Assembly (NCBI RefSeq): GCF_001194135.2
Contig: NC_068995.1
Location: forward strand, 55,179,601 to 55,243,600
Length of the DNA: 64,000 nt
Source of the DNA: Octopus bimaculoides
Lineage: Eukaryota
Reading direction: 5' to 3'
In this document: piece by piece, positions 42,020 to 56,483 of the stretch
Layout: every line of letters begins with the position of its first letter
Position numbering within the stretch: the first letter of the stretch is position 1
Made by a program: the position numbers and the translations under genes
The notes under the pieces: model-generated
Told to the model about the DNA's origin: nothing
Database searches by the model: none
The model's input: only the letters and a program-made list of their open reading frames with translations

Positions 42020-42245
42020 TAAAGAATATCGTGTGGTACATCCCAGTATTTAATCAAGCAGTGAGAATTAATATAGCAAGGGAATTTCTTAATTGGATCG
42101 ATTGCCATTTTCTACCGCGGCTAAATCCTATTAAGATATTAAAAAGGAGCTGTTCTAAGATTAGTAATTCGGCAAATTCCGATTGGTTTATCAGCAGTTA
42201 TAATACTGCTAAGCTGAATGCAACAGAAAGACGCGCAGCTGACTA
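42020..42245 (+). mobile_element. Penelope-like element fragment (post-RT linker)
   Basis: KNIVWYIPVFNQAVRINIAREFLNWIDCHF..KILKRSCSKISNS resembles the RNIIWFNPPF..NV.TNIG..FL.LID.HF..KIFNRN..KISYS block of a widespread invertebrate PLE family. Confidence 0.75.
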
Positions 42246-45200
42246 ATATCAATCATGAAATGCAGAGTTCGTGTGAATTGCGGTTATAGTATACATCAGA
42301 ATAGTATACATCAGAATAGTACAAAAAGTCCACAGTAGCGGACCAAAAGTATATGACCAAGTATCTTGACAATGAAAATCTGACTGACTGCACATGATTT
42401 CATCCTGACGAGAAGCGGGCGTACCGTCGGGACTCACCCTACAGCACCGAGTTCGTCTATGTGCCTTACTCTCGAATCAATGCATTATAGTGCTGCAAAT
42501 CTGTTGACCACGAAAGAACAGTAAGTGCGATGGGCAGCAGATTGAGGCTATGGGTAAGATACTTAATCACCTAAATGTAATGACCACGATAATTGTTAAA
42601 TATGTTTCTGTCGGATTCAGCATTAGGTTATTTCCAAGACCAGGGATAGAATTTTTACCACGTGTGTCTTATGCCACTTATGTTCTGTTACGAATTATAC
42701 AGAGAAAAGTGACTGAAGAATTTCTTCTAAGAGGGAAGAATATTTTTTTTTTTAAATTGAGATGAAATGATTAAGTGACAGTTTCTGTTCCTCAATTAAA
42801 AAAGGGTGCATCTTCTATTCCAAGAAAGTCTGAAATTATTTTGTCTCTGTAGCTGATGTCGCTAATGTAACAGTTATTGGGGGTGGTACAACTGCTCCTG
42901 TTTAAATAGTATGAGTTCAATATAGTGATGCAGAGAGGTATGTACACACAAAGGCAGATACACATAAAGACATACAAAACCGAATATATATATATATATA
43001 TANNNNNNNNNNNNNNNNNNNNNNNNNNNNNNNNNNNNNNNNNNNNNNNNNNNNNNNNNNNNNNNNNCTACACCCACCTATTCATAAATACATATATATA
43101 TATTCAAACAAATTACACAAGAAGAAAATTCTATTCCGAAAGGAAAATCCACTTTCTGTTATCGAAGAGCAGTATCTGTTTATCATTTTATCTGGTATAT
43201 TTATTGAATATTCTTTCCTCTTAACGGAACATAAGCGGTGCAGACCTTGATTAGAAATGACATAAGAGAAAGGGCTTTCTGTAATTAAACGATGTGGTTT
43301 TAACACTACATTTTCTAAAGTGCCTTTAAAATCTCCCTTAAATCCCTCATAATATCACCGACGGCAAAACTGTGTCCGTAAAATGTGACTTTACTTCTGC
43401 TGCAAAATCACTCTTGCTTACAGTAACGTAACCTAAAATTGATTCAGTAAAACATTTTTATACGAAAACTTTATATGCACACATTTTTGTATGCTAACAT
43501 TTTTTCCTCTATGTAATTCTCTCTTTGTGTGAGTGTATGCGTGTGCACATTGCGCGTATCTTTGTGTGTAAAACTCAGATTCTAAAAGCGTACACTCTTA
43601 CTTTTACAGTAAAACTATTATTTGAAGATCGAATATGTATCATATTTAATTTTCACTTCTCCACAATGTATAGTATGCAAGTCTATATCGATAGATTGCA
43701 AAATTTCCGAACGAATTTCGCGTTTATTATATTTCGATGTCTCCTCTTTCCTTTTCCTAAAGCTCAATATAAAAACGGAGAAATAGTTTAAGTATTCAGT
43801 AAAAATTTTAATTACTTTAAACACACCTTCCATTTAAGCGTAAAAAATTAATTTGCAGAGAAATTTTTTTGTCAAATATGAATATTTTCAATACTATTCA
43901 AGAATTAATACTTCACAAAAGTAATAAATTTTGCCATTCATAATTTTAAACTGTTTTACTGAGCAATAGATTTAATTCTTGCGAAAAACAGTTTTAAATC
44001 TAGATTCACTAAAGAAAAGAAATTGTTGAAGATTTAATTTAAATGTAAACTTTTTCTTAAATTCAATTACTGATTAAAGAGAAATTGTTTGCTACAATAA
44101 TGAATCAACATCTTTGAAAATTCACTTGCAATTGTAATTTGTTGAAACTATGCAATAGTAGATGGCCAGCTTTTGCGTGGTGCCATTACTTTTCGAAAGA
44201 GTAATAATTACAAATAAATGATATTCAGTATAATTTCGCATTTTACATTAGAACTAAAGCTCCGTGAGCCACATGTATTTTGTCTTAACGAGGGAGCAAT
44301 TATTGTTTCCGGCACTTTGAACCGGTAAAAGAACTAGCGGTTTCTATCTAAATTTGTAGCCAATATAGTATGATAAAAGTCTATTTCAACCAATTGAATA
44401 ATCATATACTTTACAAACACGTAGGAGGCACTGCTTGAACTGGTGAATTTACACTCTATGATCTTACATTAAAAAGAATATGTATATCATAAGATAAACT
44501 GGACGCGATGGTCTTTGTTGTTTCGACTGCTGTTATTAGATGTGATGGTTCTTGATGGATTTGTTTTGACTATGCTTATACTTGCCTATAGGGCATTTGG
44601 AGATAAAAACAACAATTTCAACACAGCAATTCAAAATGATAATGGAATGACATAAAAATTATTGATAATCTTCTAACAGGAAGTCTTTTATCTTAATCAT
44701 ATATTCATTCACAGTTTTACTACATAAAACATATACAATTAAAGAAGAGTGAAAAATGAAATATTTTGTTATAAATATTTTGTTCATTTAATCATTTCAA
44801 TAGTATTCACATCAAGGCTTTCCAGTAAAGCGAAGTTTAATTTATACTGTTCTTTCTGGATTTTCACAAGGATTCCCTGCTTTTAAATTAATTGTTACTT
44901 AAGATTTGAATAAATAATATACCATACAACTTTTGCAGTATTTAGATATGGGTACTGAACCGTTCAAAGTGAATTGCGTTCGATTTAAACAAGATATAGA
45001 ATATGCCAGAAGATTAACAATGAGTTTCAAGAGTTTTTGTGTTCTATTATATAACATTTAATATAAGGTTTGTAGCATTTTCTCGTGGAGCATGATTTGT
45101 CCAGCAGAAATATTATGAACGCTGCTCTCTCTACAATTATATCGCTACTTACACAAGTCACCTTACAGCTTCTTTTATGTTCGGCTAAGTTTCTAGAAAG

Positions 45201-46648
45201 GAAAAAAAAAGGCGCAATCTCCTTACTGGTTACCGAGTCTACAGTCAACACTCTTGAGGTAATATGACATTTCTAACTTGTATCGTTCATTCGATAAGTG
45301 TTGAAGGTGTTTTCGACCCGACAATACTCAGACACTCTCCTCATTTCTCGCACCATTTCATCCAGCAGCACATCGAGCGCGTGACATCTGGAGAAAAAGG
45401 GCCGCACCACAACTGGAATGATATTCATTTTCAGGCGAGTAAACTCGAACAATGTAAATTGAGGCACGTTCCCCTCAAGAAGAATCGAACCAAACAAATA
45501 TACAATGCTCCATCTTTGGAATGTGGATAACGAAATTAATGTCACATTTTAAACCTGAGGTTATGAGCGATAGTGGTGTCAATGAGACCCAGAGGTATCA
45601 GGTAATGCTGAGTAAGTGCTATAAGGACAGACCATAGTTAAGCTCCAGGTTCGGTGATTATGCGAATAAGGGGTCCAACGTAGGTCATATATCAGCGTGT
45701 GTATATAAAGATTTACTTTTCGTAATGAGATAAAAAAAAAACAAAGGCTGTTCCAAACTGATTATGATTGACTGTATGGGAAAGAATTAAAGCTAATGTT
45801 GATGCCTTTGGTTGTATTGCACATGACAAGTGCTAATGCTTTCTGAAAGTGTCTTTTTACCTCCTGATGAATGATGTAGTAATATAAAAAACTGATTTTT
45901 TAAATCCCGTGTAATTTTGCAGGTTTGTCCAACAAAAACATTTCTTATATGTGAAATACATTTTAAACCCTTTGCAAATATGTTTTCATTCGTTCTCGTT
46001 TGTTTCTCACTCAGAATGTTTCTCCATGCATTTTATTAGCTCCATCACATCAGAGTTAGAATTAATTCTCGAGTGAACATTAACTACTAAATTGTAAGCC
46101 ACATATTCTGCTCCATAAAGAACTAGAGAAGAGAAACACTCGAAATCCTTTGATTTATTAAGAATATGAGAAAATATCTTGTTTTCAACTCCCTTTCTTT
46201 CTACTTGAATTTATTTTATATGTCTTAATATTTCTACAGACGCTGCTATTATATAATATGTAAACAATTCGCCGTCAGTATTTAGATTTCTTTCCTTACC
46301 TAACAAAATACCTCTTACAGCACTTTGCTTGTAGCTTCATTATTAGACTGTATGTAGTCTCCAATATTAGTATCTTTCATGGCTTTGCTACCAAGTTAAA
46401 TGTAAAATTGCTATAGAGTGAGGAATGTTTCCTGAGATATTGGCTACAAATGTTTACCGCTTTCGTACAGTATTATATTCACTATATGTTTCACAAACAA
46501 ACATTCCCAACAAGAAATATTCTATTCTTCAAAGTACTTGTAATTTTCAAAATGTACAAACAATTGCTTTCCGTTTTCTCCTGTGGCATTACGTGTTCAT
46601 ATCTACATACATGCAGACATGCAAACGTGTATATGTATATAGACATAC

Positions 46649-46682
<34 letters not shown>

Positions 46683-47130
46683 NNNNNNNNNNNNNNNNNN
46701 NNNNNNNNNNNNNNNNNNNNNNNNNNNNNNNNNNNNNNNNNNNNNNNNNNNNNNNNNNNNNNNNNNNNNNNNNNNNNNNNNNNNNNNNNNNNNNNNNNNN
46801 NNNNNNNNNNNNNNNNNNNNNNNNNNNNNNNNNNNNNNNNNNNNNNNNNNNNNNNNNNNNNNNNNNNNNNNNNNNNNNNNNNNNNNNNNNNNNNNNNNNN
46901 NNNNNNNNNNNNNNNNNNNNNNNNNNNNNNNNNNNNNNNNNNNNNNNNNNNNNNNNNNNNNNNNNNNNNNNTATATATATATATATATATATATATGACT
47001 CTGTGTGTGTGTATATATATGATATATACATATATTTAATTATATATTTACATTTATATACACACACACACATACACATACAAACACACACAAGCACAAA
47101 CACATACGTATATGTATGTATGTAAATATG

Positions 47131-47164
<34 letters not shown>

Positions 47165-47299
47165 TGTATGTATATATGTATGCATGCATGTATGTATGAC
47201 CATATTAATTCACAAAATGCCGGATGCATTGAAACATACTTGCTGGTAGGATCCTCTTTGAGATTCAGTGTTTCGGAACGGAAGGATATAGCTTCGATG

Positions 47300-48090
47300 T
47301 GCTGATCTGAAATCTGCTAGCCAAGAGTTAAAGACATATCGACATTTTATATTGATATCGTTGATCTATAGTCTTACATGTAATTGTACCCCAAAGTACT
47401 CCAATTCATTTCAGTATACGGTCAGTAATGCTGAGAGCATCTAAAATGTTTACGTTCTCTGATAATACTAACAATGTATATGATGTAGATAATAATATGT
47501 GCAGATAACTTCTGATGACAGATAGCAAGCTGCTATTAACTACTGCAATACTTCCAAACCATTTCAATATAAACCGAGCAACTTTGAGATATTCTAATAA
47601 TATGTTTGGGCGCGCTGATAAACATAACTTCTACCAGGTAGATAATGATAAGTATAGACAGCTTCTGATAAATAATACGACTTAGGAAAATAAGAAAGTA
47701 TACTAATGCTTAAACTTGTAAAGAAATTAGCAACGTGATAAAAGCGATAGCTAATAAAGTCGATATGAATAAGAGAATTGGATGTCTAGGTAAACGGAAG
47801 GCATTTATCACTTTAAAACATCACAAGTAAGATTTCGTTTGTAGTCTTAGCTATAGACATTTAAAACCAGCAAAAAGAAGAAATAGGTTAATTATGTAAA
47901 CAAAATATTTGGAAACATTAACATACTAACATTGGTAACTAAACTAAATTCGAAACTCAATTAACAAATGTTTCTGTAACGTATGGATATATTTTGGGGC
48001 ATACTCACTCAGTTCAACACCTCGATACCAAGATCGCATCAGATAACCTGGCTAAGATTTTGTAAACCTCGTTATAATATGCACGAGTAG
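47300..48090 (+). mobile_element. Penelope-like element fragment (N-terminal RT region), many stops and frameshifts
   Basis: NSFQ..KMFTFSDNTNNVYDVD; RADKHNFYQVDNDKYRQLLINNTT; DMNKRIGCLGKRKAFITLKHHK*DF..RHLKPAK, matching the AFITLKDHKxNF..CRLINPAKSEIG motif. Confidence 0.85.
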
Positions 48091-48663
48091 TCAGTTCAGC
48101 AATGGCCGTAAATGTCCATTTAATCGAAAAAAAAAAAACAAAGCTGAAGACGTTGTTTATATCGTATTTATTTTTTCTGTTCTATATACTTAATTTTTCC
48201 TGAAATTACACAGAAGGTATTTAATATCTTAGTGAGCAGAACTGTGGATGTAGTACTGACTACCAGCCTAAATACATTCTTTTCAAAAAGAAAAATAATT
48301 AACCAATATTTATATTGGAAATGCTACACTGATGATGAGATGTAAGTAATTAAATACTTTAATCTCGAAACGCGTCTGTGGCTAATCGGAATCGTGTTGA
48401 TTCATTATTTATCTTTTTGTTTACATAAAAAAGAGTGTTTCTGTCTGGAAGATTCTTACGGTAGTAGAAAAGGAATTTTTAACACCTATTTCAAAATTTG
48501 GTATGCGGTGAAGCAATTAACTGACACTTACCTATAATTATTTTTATAATTATNNNNNNNNNNNNNNNNNNNNNNNNNNNNNNNNNNNNNNNNNNNNNNN
48601 NNNNNNNNNNNNNNNNNNNNNNNNNNNNNNNNNNNNNNNNNNNNNNNNNNNNNNNNNNNNNNN

Positions 48664-48701
<38 letters not shown>

Positions 48702-49154
48702 CATAGTTACCATTAATATTTAAATTACAAGGGATGCTAGTTATTTATGAATGTTGAAATTTGAGAAAATAACTTTGTGATCACATACAAGAGCAAAAAA
48801 ATATTTTTTGTTTCTCGAAATTATTCTACTTGACTATATTTGAAGTATTTTGAATTTTCATTTTTGGGATGCGCAAACACTGGCTACAAGTGAATGTCCT
48901 CTAATCAACGAATAAGCGTACTCTTGAGGCCACAGGATATTATGGAATGCGACATTAATTGACGCATTGTAGTTGTACACAAATTAAACTTCAGAAACGA
49001 AATAGTTTGTGCTGTTGAGATCAAAGAGGATAACAATCATGGAAAAAAATGTATTGCCTTTTTCTGTATTTTCAAGTAGAGCTGCAAAATAAAATAAAAA
49101 TCGAAAGAAATATTAAGAAATAGACATTATATATCTGTGTTGATTAAGAGAAAA

Positions 49155-49203
<49 letters not shown>

Positions 49204-50756
49204 AGGTGGAGAAAGGGAGAGAGAGAATGGGAGCAATAGAAAAAGAGAGAATGAGAGTTCAAAGAAAATGTTAAAAATGATATATTTTAATTAGATAAGG
49301 AAAGTTGAACGATTTTGATCATAATATAAATCATTATTTGTATGCTCTCTCCATACTTGCCGATTTGCATTAATATAGATTCATACGTAGAAACATACAC
49401 ACTCATATTACATCCAAACATCCAAATATATGTATATATTTTTTGTACAGTCACACATATATATATATGCATGCCTTCATGTCAAATGCGTGCACGCGCA
49501 CACACATATTTGACGAAGTGCGAAAATGCACGAAACTTTACCATTCTAATTATAACAGAAAATTTGCACCATATTGTATTCTTAAATACTTTCAATACAC
49601 GCTTAACATTTACTAAAATTATATAATCTGTATCCGGTCTGTAGTGTAGAAAAAACACTCCAGGCAGCTGAACTAAACACACTTCGAGTCCTTCATCACA
49701 GTTGTTTTAATAATCTGATAGTGATAGATACCCTCTCATAGGATAAAAATATCCAAAGATAAAAACAGGTTGAAAATATTGGCTTTCTATACCATAGAAT
49801 CAATGTCAAGCAAAATACAAAATATTACAGTAGCTTTGAGTTGTAAATTATTTACAAAAAGTAAACTAAGAATTAAGGATATTCAAAAATATACGGATAT
49901 AAAAGTGTAGAAACGGAATGTAAAATTCCAAAATGTACGTCAAAATTAAAACAAACGAATATGAATGAAAAGACAAGTAAAGATAAATAAGAGATAAGGA
50001 AAACGAAATTTCGGCTGATGATACCCCGATCAGGCGATAAGGAGTACAATGCAAGGACCTCAAATACAGAAAATTAATTCGGAATAATAAACAAAAAAGG
50101 AATTAATAAAAATGAATTGCAAGGAAATAAAACATTACATAATCAAACATGTATAATTTATGAAAACATGTATAAAAGCATAACATTCTAAAAATATAAA
50201 AATAAAATGAAAATAGGAAATATAATGTAGCGTATAATGAATAGGAATTCTGAAAACAGAAATATAAATAGATAACCATGGAGGATAAATATAACAAAAG
50301 ATTATATCAAACAAAGATATTACAGATAAGGCAAGAAAAGGCGTATCGCATTAGAGATAGAACAAAGCAACTAATAATATATGTATAAAACTATTAGTAT
50401 TATAGGGCTGTAGCCATTCTAAATTAAGTTATGAATAGAGGAGAGTTTACAATACTTCACTAAAAAATTCAAAACTCAAGTGAAGTTGTTGTTAACTATT
50501 AAAGATATTTATTGACTTATATAATATATGTTGTAGTGTCAATTCCGACACACAATTGATTAATAATATCAACATGTTATCCAAGAGAAGGAAAGCTGAT
50601 AATGATAATAGTAATAAAAATAATTATAACACTAAAGACATGGTGCTTTATAGAAAAAAAAGAATAATTATAACAGCAATAATGAACTAAATTATAATTA
50701 ATATGATTAATAAAAAGAAAAATAGATCGAAACAGACAAGATATAAATAGAATTAT

Positions 50757-50960
50757 TTATTTCTTTATTGCCCACATCGGGCTAACATAGAAGGGACAAA
50801 CAAGGACAGACAAAGGAATTAAATCGATTACGTCGAGCCCAGTGCGTAACTGGTACTTCTGTAGTCGACCCCGAAAGGATGAAAAGCAAAGTCGACCTCG
50901 GCGGATTTTGAACTCAAAACGGCATTTCACCCGGCGTGCTAACATTTCTGCCAGCTCACC
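50757..50960 (-). mobile_element. tRNA-derived SINE family A, near full length (small internal deletion)
   Basis: Minus strand ggtgagctggcagaaatgttagcacgccggg (A-box-like), gagttcaaaatccgccg (B-box), aggtcgactttgcttttcatcctttcggggtcgac central block, 3' end caataaagaaa. Confidence 0.92.
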
Positions 50961-51968
50961 TATAAATTGTATTATTGCAATAATAACACCATTATTATTA
51001 CAATAATACTTTGGTCAGAGTTACAGAATGGATGAAGCATATAAGTAAATAGTATATAGATATCTATCATTTACATGTATGATCTGATATATCATTCTTC
51101 ACGTGAATCTTGCAACTAGAGTAAGAAAGGAAAGCACATCATAGCACTGAGTTGTGTGTCATATAATCTTGGCCAAAGTACATAGGCTGGTTCAAATTTG
51201 TATTTAGCCGTTATGTGTGTGATTGTGTGTGTGTGTCTGTATGTGTTTGTTTCTGTGTGTATGTCTGTGTGTGTCTTTCTGTGTATGTCTGTGTGTGTCT
51301 ATGTTTGGTGTGGACGGTGGGGAAAGTGTATATACTTGCGGAAGTATGCACATATGGTGAAGACTTTACTCGGAAAATACTCGTAAACACAAATACCGAG
51401 ACACTTGAAAATACTGAAGGAGAATATTGCACGTGATTCACTTGAATTTCAGTAAAGAAATATCAAAATTCAACCCAATTACGTGGCGAACATCACCACG
51501 TAATTAAACCGAAAAGAGGTTTTCGCTTCTTAGTTGATAATGATTGCGTAAAATAAAAGCAAGTATGGCGTTCGTGGTTGGTAGTGCTTTTCGCGAGTGT
51601 AGTGAACGTCATTAATGGACGATTCACAGCTATTAAATAATAATGATAATAATATATATAACACACGTTAATATAGAACAGTGAGAACGAGTGCTCAACA
51701 CAGCGTTAGTAGATGAGCATCTTTTATTCGTGAGATAACAAGGCTATAGAAATCTGTCAACAAGTTTTCGAGATATTTTTCTCTGCCTAAGACCATTCGT
51801 AGCCATGGTAACCTACAGATAATACATGTTTGAGCGTGTATGTGAGTCTGTGTGTGCATGCACGTGTGTGTGTATGTGTATGAGTATTTACAAATTAGAT
51901 AAATAGATACATACAGATATATATATATATATATATAGATATAGATATCTATACATTTATACACACAC

Positions 51969-52017
<49 letters not shown>

Positions 52018-52114
52018 NNNNNNNNNNNNNNNNNNNNNNNNNNNNNNNNNNNNNNNNNNNNNNNNNNNNNNNNNNNNNNNNNNNNNNNNNNNNNNNNNNN
52101 NNNNNNNNNNNNNN

Positions 52115-52165
<51 letters not shown>

Positions 52166-52981
52166 ACAATATTAAAATAAATAAGGATTACTCCGATGTT
52201 GCAACAGCATCACCTTTAATTCTGTAATTATACAGTGCCTTTTAAATCCAATACATGTTTCAATTGCACCGATTAGTAAACTATACACACGTGATAATCG
52301 AGGGATTACTGTGTGTATCTGTTATAATTGATCGTGTTCGTAAACATTGTTTTATTTATATATCCATATCATGGGAAATTCAAACAATTTACATATTATT
52401 TATTCGTGAATTTAGTGAGCATAAGCCGGATTCGTTCTCGATTTAGAAACTTTAAATATTGTTTTTTAATTCAGCAAGTGGTGAGCAAGTGTATAAACTC
52501 TGAGTCTGAGACGTATCAAAATTTAAAGTGTAACAATCAAAATGGTTGATTGACTGTTAAGAACAAAGACACGCGCACAAAAAACAGAAAAAGAAAAAAA
52601 AATGAAATTTGTTTGAAGTCCAGGATTCTAGACGCCAGCAGAATTTACTTTGATATTGTGGCGAAAACTGATAATATTTGATAATGACTTTTCACACATA
52701 ATTTATAATTTTTATTATAAACAAGTTTTATTTACTTTGTAGCTTTTCAAGAAATACAATTCAAGACATTGCAGTTCTTTCATGATAGAAGAGGCGTCGA
52801 ACATATAATCCTTGTAAGGACTGACAGCTTTGTTTATTTCATATCAATTGTTTCAAATTGTAGAGATTTTATAGAATTAAAATGCACCTTTTTAAAAATT
52901 TGATTTGGAGACATACTTCCATGTGTTAAATGAATAATTAAGAACGCAGAAGGAATCAACATCTGAAAGGATGCATAGAAA

Positions 52982-53015
52982 AAGTGACCTCGGCGGAATT
53001 TGAAATCAGAATATA
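52982..53015 (-). mobile_element. SINE family A B-box fragment
   Basis: aagtgacctcggcggaatttgaaatcagaa matches 50888-50920. Confidence 0.6.
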
Positions 53016-56000
53016 TAGATGGACGATTCTAATAATGGTTTCAAATTTTTCTACAAGGGCAGCCATTTATATTATGGGGTCGAAAACCCTGGCCAAACGT
53101 AACAACACTTTCTTTATTATGCCTATTTACGTAAACATCGCACTTAAACTATTAAGAGCGTCCCTAATTTTTAACTAGGGCATTATTAGTAATCATAGTG
53201 ACTTATCTAGCGGACTCACATAGCGTTATTTGTTATGATTAATGATACGGAATATTACTACCAGATATAACTCTTTCAACTAACACCGCCGGTCAACTGG
53301 GCATTCTGCCCACTCACTGCTCCATTGATCTACTTGAAGCAACTGTACACACACGTGCCATCTTTTAAGGACGCGAAAATGAAAGCCTAAAGACCTAACG
53401 AACCTCTTCGTTTTTCGTTTCCTTTTCTTTTCCCCTTTTATTTCTCCTGCCTACCTTCGATCTCCTGTCCTTATTCTTCTGATGATGTCTGTTACATGGA
53501 ACGAGATAAACTCAAGTTTATCTCAACAATAATAAATTGAAACAGCTGTAAATGTTATCTTAACCATAATTAAACTATGATCATTCATTACTAATGATCA
53601 ACTCCTAATTGCTACATGTTGCTCCATTTCTTCTCTTATCTTATATATATATATATATATATATATACACTGATACAGCTTTGGGAGGAGGAGAAGAAAG
53701 TGTTGTGTTGATATAAGTTAAAGAACACTCCTTTTTAAAGAATTTCGTGTATGCATTTAAATCTAACATATTAATTCAAAATTTACTTTTGTCTATATGC
53801 CTGTCCATATCTAGGCATAATTTAAAGTTGAGACCAATGTAAATAAGTTGAGTCGAGTCTAACATAGTTCAATATATTTAAGTCATTAGAGTAATTGCGA
53901 AACGTAATGTATTATGAGCTGGGGAAAAATGCTAATTTCAAATTTAAATTATGTTGAACAAAAATCAATAATAAATTTAATACTTAAATTGAAATAATTA
54001 TCTCACTGAAAAATNNNNNNNNNNNNNNNNNNNNNNNNNNNNNNNNNNNNNNNNNNNNNNNNNNNNNNNNNNNNNNNNNNNNNNNNNNNNNNNNNNNNNN
54101 NNNNNNNNNNNNNNNNNNNNNNNNNNNNNNNNNNNNNNNNNNNNNNNNNNNNNNNNNNNNNNNNNNNNNNNNNNNNNNNNNNNNNNNNNNNNNNNNNNNN
54201 NNNNNNNNNNNNNNNNNNNNNNNNNNNNNNNNNNNNNNNNNNNNNNNNNNNNNNNNNNNNNNNNNNNNNNNNNNNNNNNNNNNNNNNNNNNNNNNNNNNN
54301 NNNNNNNNNNNNNNNNNNNNNNNNNNNNNNNNNNNNNNNNNNNNNNNNNNNNNNNNNNNNNNNNNNNNNNNNNNNNNNNNNNNNNNNNNNNNNNNNNNNN
54401 NNNNNNNNNNNNNNNNNNNNNNNNNNNNNNNNNNNNNNNNNNNNNNNNNNNNNNNNNNNNNNNNNNNNNNNNNNNNNNNNNNNNNNNNNNNNNNNNNNNN
54501 NNNNNNNNNNNNNNNNNNNNNNNNNNNNNNNNNNNNNNNNNNNNNNNNNNNNNNNNNNNNNNNNNNNNNNNNNNNNNNNNNNNNNNNNNNNNNNNNNNNN
54601 NNNNNNTATATATATATATATGGGGTGGGTATATATAATTATTAGATATGAGGGTATTCTATTTCAGATTATGCAAAACATAACATAACGAATATATCTG
54701 AAGGTAAACACGTAGTATCTATATGCACATCAAGAAATTATACTTTATGGATAAAACCAGTATACCACCAGGTTATAAAATATACTTCCTTAATTATTAT
54801 TATTAATTTCTATTATATATTTTGTATACTTGTAGATAAATACGTCTAATTAGATTAGTGTGTTTAAACGTTGCTTAGAGCTCTGGGTCTATGTTGTTTA
54901 GGCTACCTGTTGTCATCCTTAGTTGTCATGGGCCCCTCTCTGTATAACAAATCAATTTGCAAGTTTTGATCGGCTCAAAGCTATATCAGGCACACTGGCA
55001 GAATGTGCAACTGCGTGGAGTTTAATTTCGACGCAAAAGTCTTACCAAGCAACCACGGCTGCTCCTTATATATATGCATGCAGTAAAAGATATAAGAATG
55101 TGGTAATATGTTCCGGATATTTTGATAGAGACACAACAAGCGCAAACTTGACTGGATTCTATAGGATTTCTATCAACAGATTCTCTCCCCGGTGATTAGT
55201 GGGCCCATAGCAATATGCGAAAACATTTGTTCAATATATCGAACAACAAGACTGAACCCGGAAGTACATGACTGCATAGCGAGTTTCTTAACCACACGCC
55301 TAGATGAGAAGAATTGTTTTAACTTTCTAGGTAATTATGTGCATGTGTATGTATATGTGTGCGAGTGTGTGTGGAAACTAGTCTATACAATATTTTTCTC
55401 TAGTAGGAAGTACTATGCAGATATATCTATAAGTCCGAATTACAATATATGGTGTATGTGTATGAATTCTAGTTTGCAATTTTTTTTACAAATAAAATTA
55501 TTCAATGCCGTTAGAAGCTTCTTAAATAAGTAATGTATATTTTAATTAAAATCTGAAAAACATACATCAGAGTAATTAGTGAAAACGAACAAATATATAA
55601 CAGGAAATGTTGTACTTGCTAATGGTTGGGGGTGTAACATGTAACACATAAGGAATGGCAAATTGTAAAAAGCGTATGGAATGAGTAAATCACACACGTT
55701 TATGGTAACTGCAATGCTTAGAAATTACTTATATTTTCGCCCGTAAAGAATTGAAGAATTATAAAATAGCGGTATTAATTAAACTAATTAACAAGGTAAA
55801 TAAATGGGATTGTACTTTTGGTTACGTGATAATTTGGCTGAGAAGTGTTATTTTTTTATGTGTAATGAGCTACATAGAGAGGATGATAAAATATAGAGTT
55901 TTAACGATGTTGGATTATTTCAGCATGAAGATGATATACCTGTAAGAACGATGAAGAATGGAGGTGCTTGAAAGTGCAAGCTCATATGTAGAAGGAATAG

Positions 56001-56439
56001 TAAATAACTGCTGTAAAAATAATACTTGGCTTTGAAGATACAAGTCGACAGCAATGGATGTACACGTATAAAATGATATATCTACATATATACTTGCTAG
56101 AGTGAAAATTCCATACGAAAGAAATAATTTATTGTCTACTGTTTATGTTATTTCGTTATGTTTAAGCACAGACAGTTGAAATAGTTATAGCATATTTTAT
56201 TTATTCATAAGATTTCATCTCATAGCTTACATAGTAAATTCTTATGACATAAACGTGCGCTTGGTGACATTGGAATTATGTAATATTAACATAAGGCCCA
56301 AAATCGCTTCCAAACAGAAACACAATACACACACGCACACATATAACCCATACGATAATATGAATTTATACACGTACAAATAACGTATACTGTACATGTT
56401 TTTAAAATGTACACCTCTCACACACACACACATACATAT

Positions 56440-56483
<44 letters not shown>

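Noticed and set aside
50005-50050. Hammerhead-like cctgatcg..cagccGAAA on the minus strand
   Set aside because: The core is mismatched and stem II is weak; the resemblance to PLE termini is too faint to support
53503-53524. 9-bp perfect hairpin gagataaac-tcaa-gtttatctc
   Set aside because: Short AT-rich stem expected by chance in 64 kb; no supporting context
54923-55533. Consecutive 90- and 113-aa + ORFs
   Set aside because: Non-ATG starts, no motifs, and no convincing splice signals
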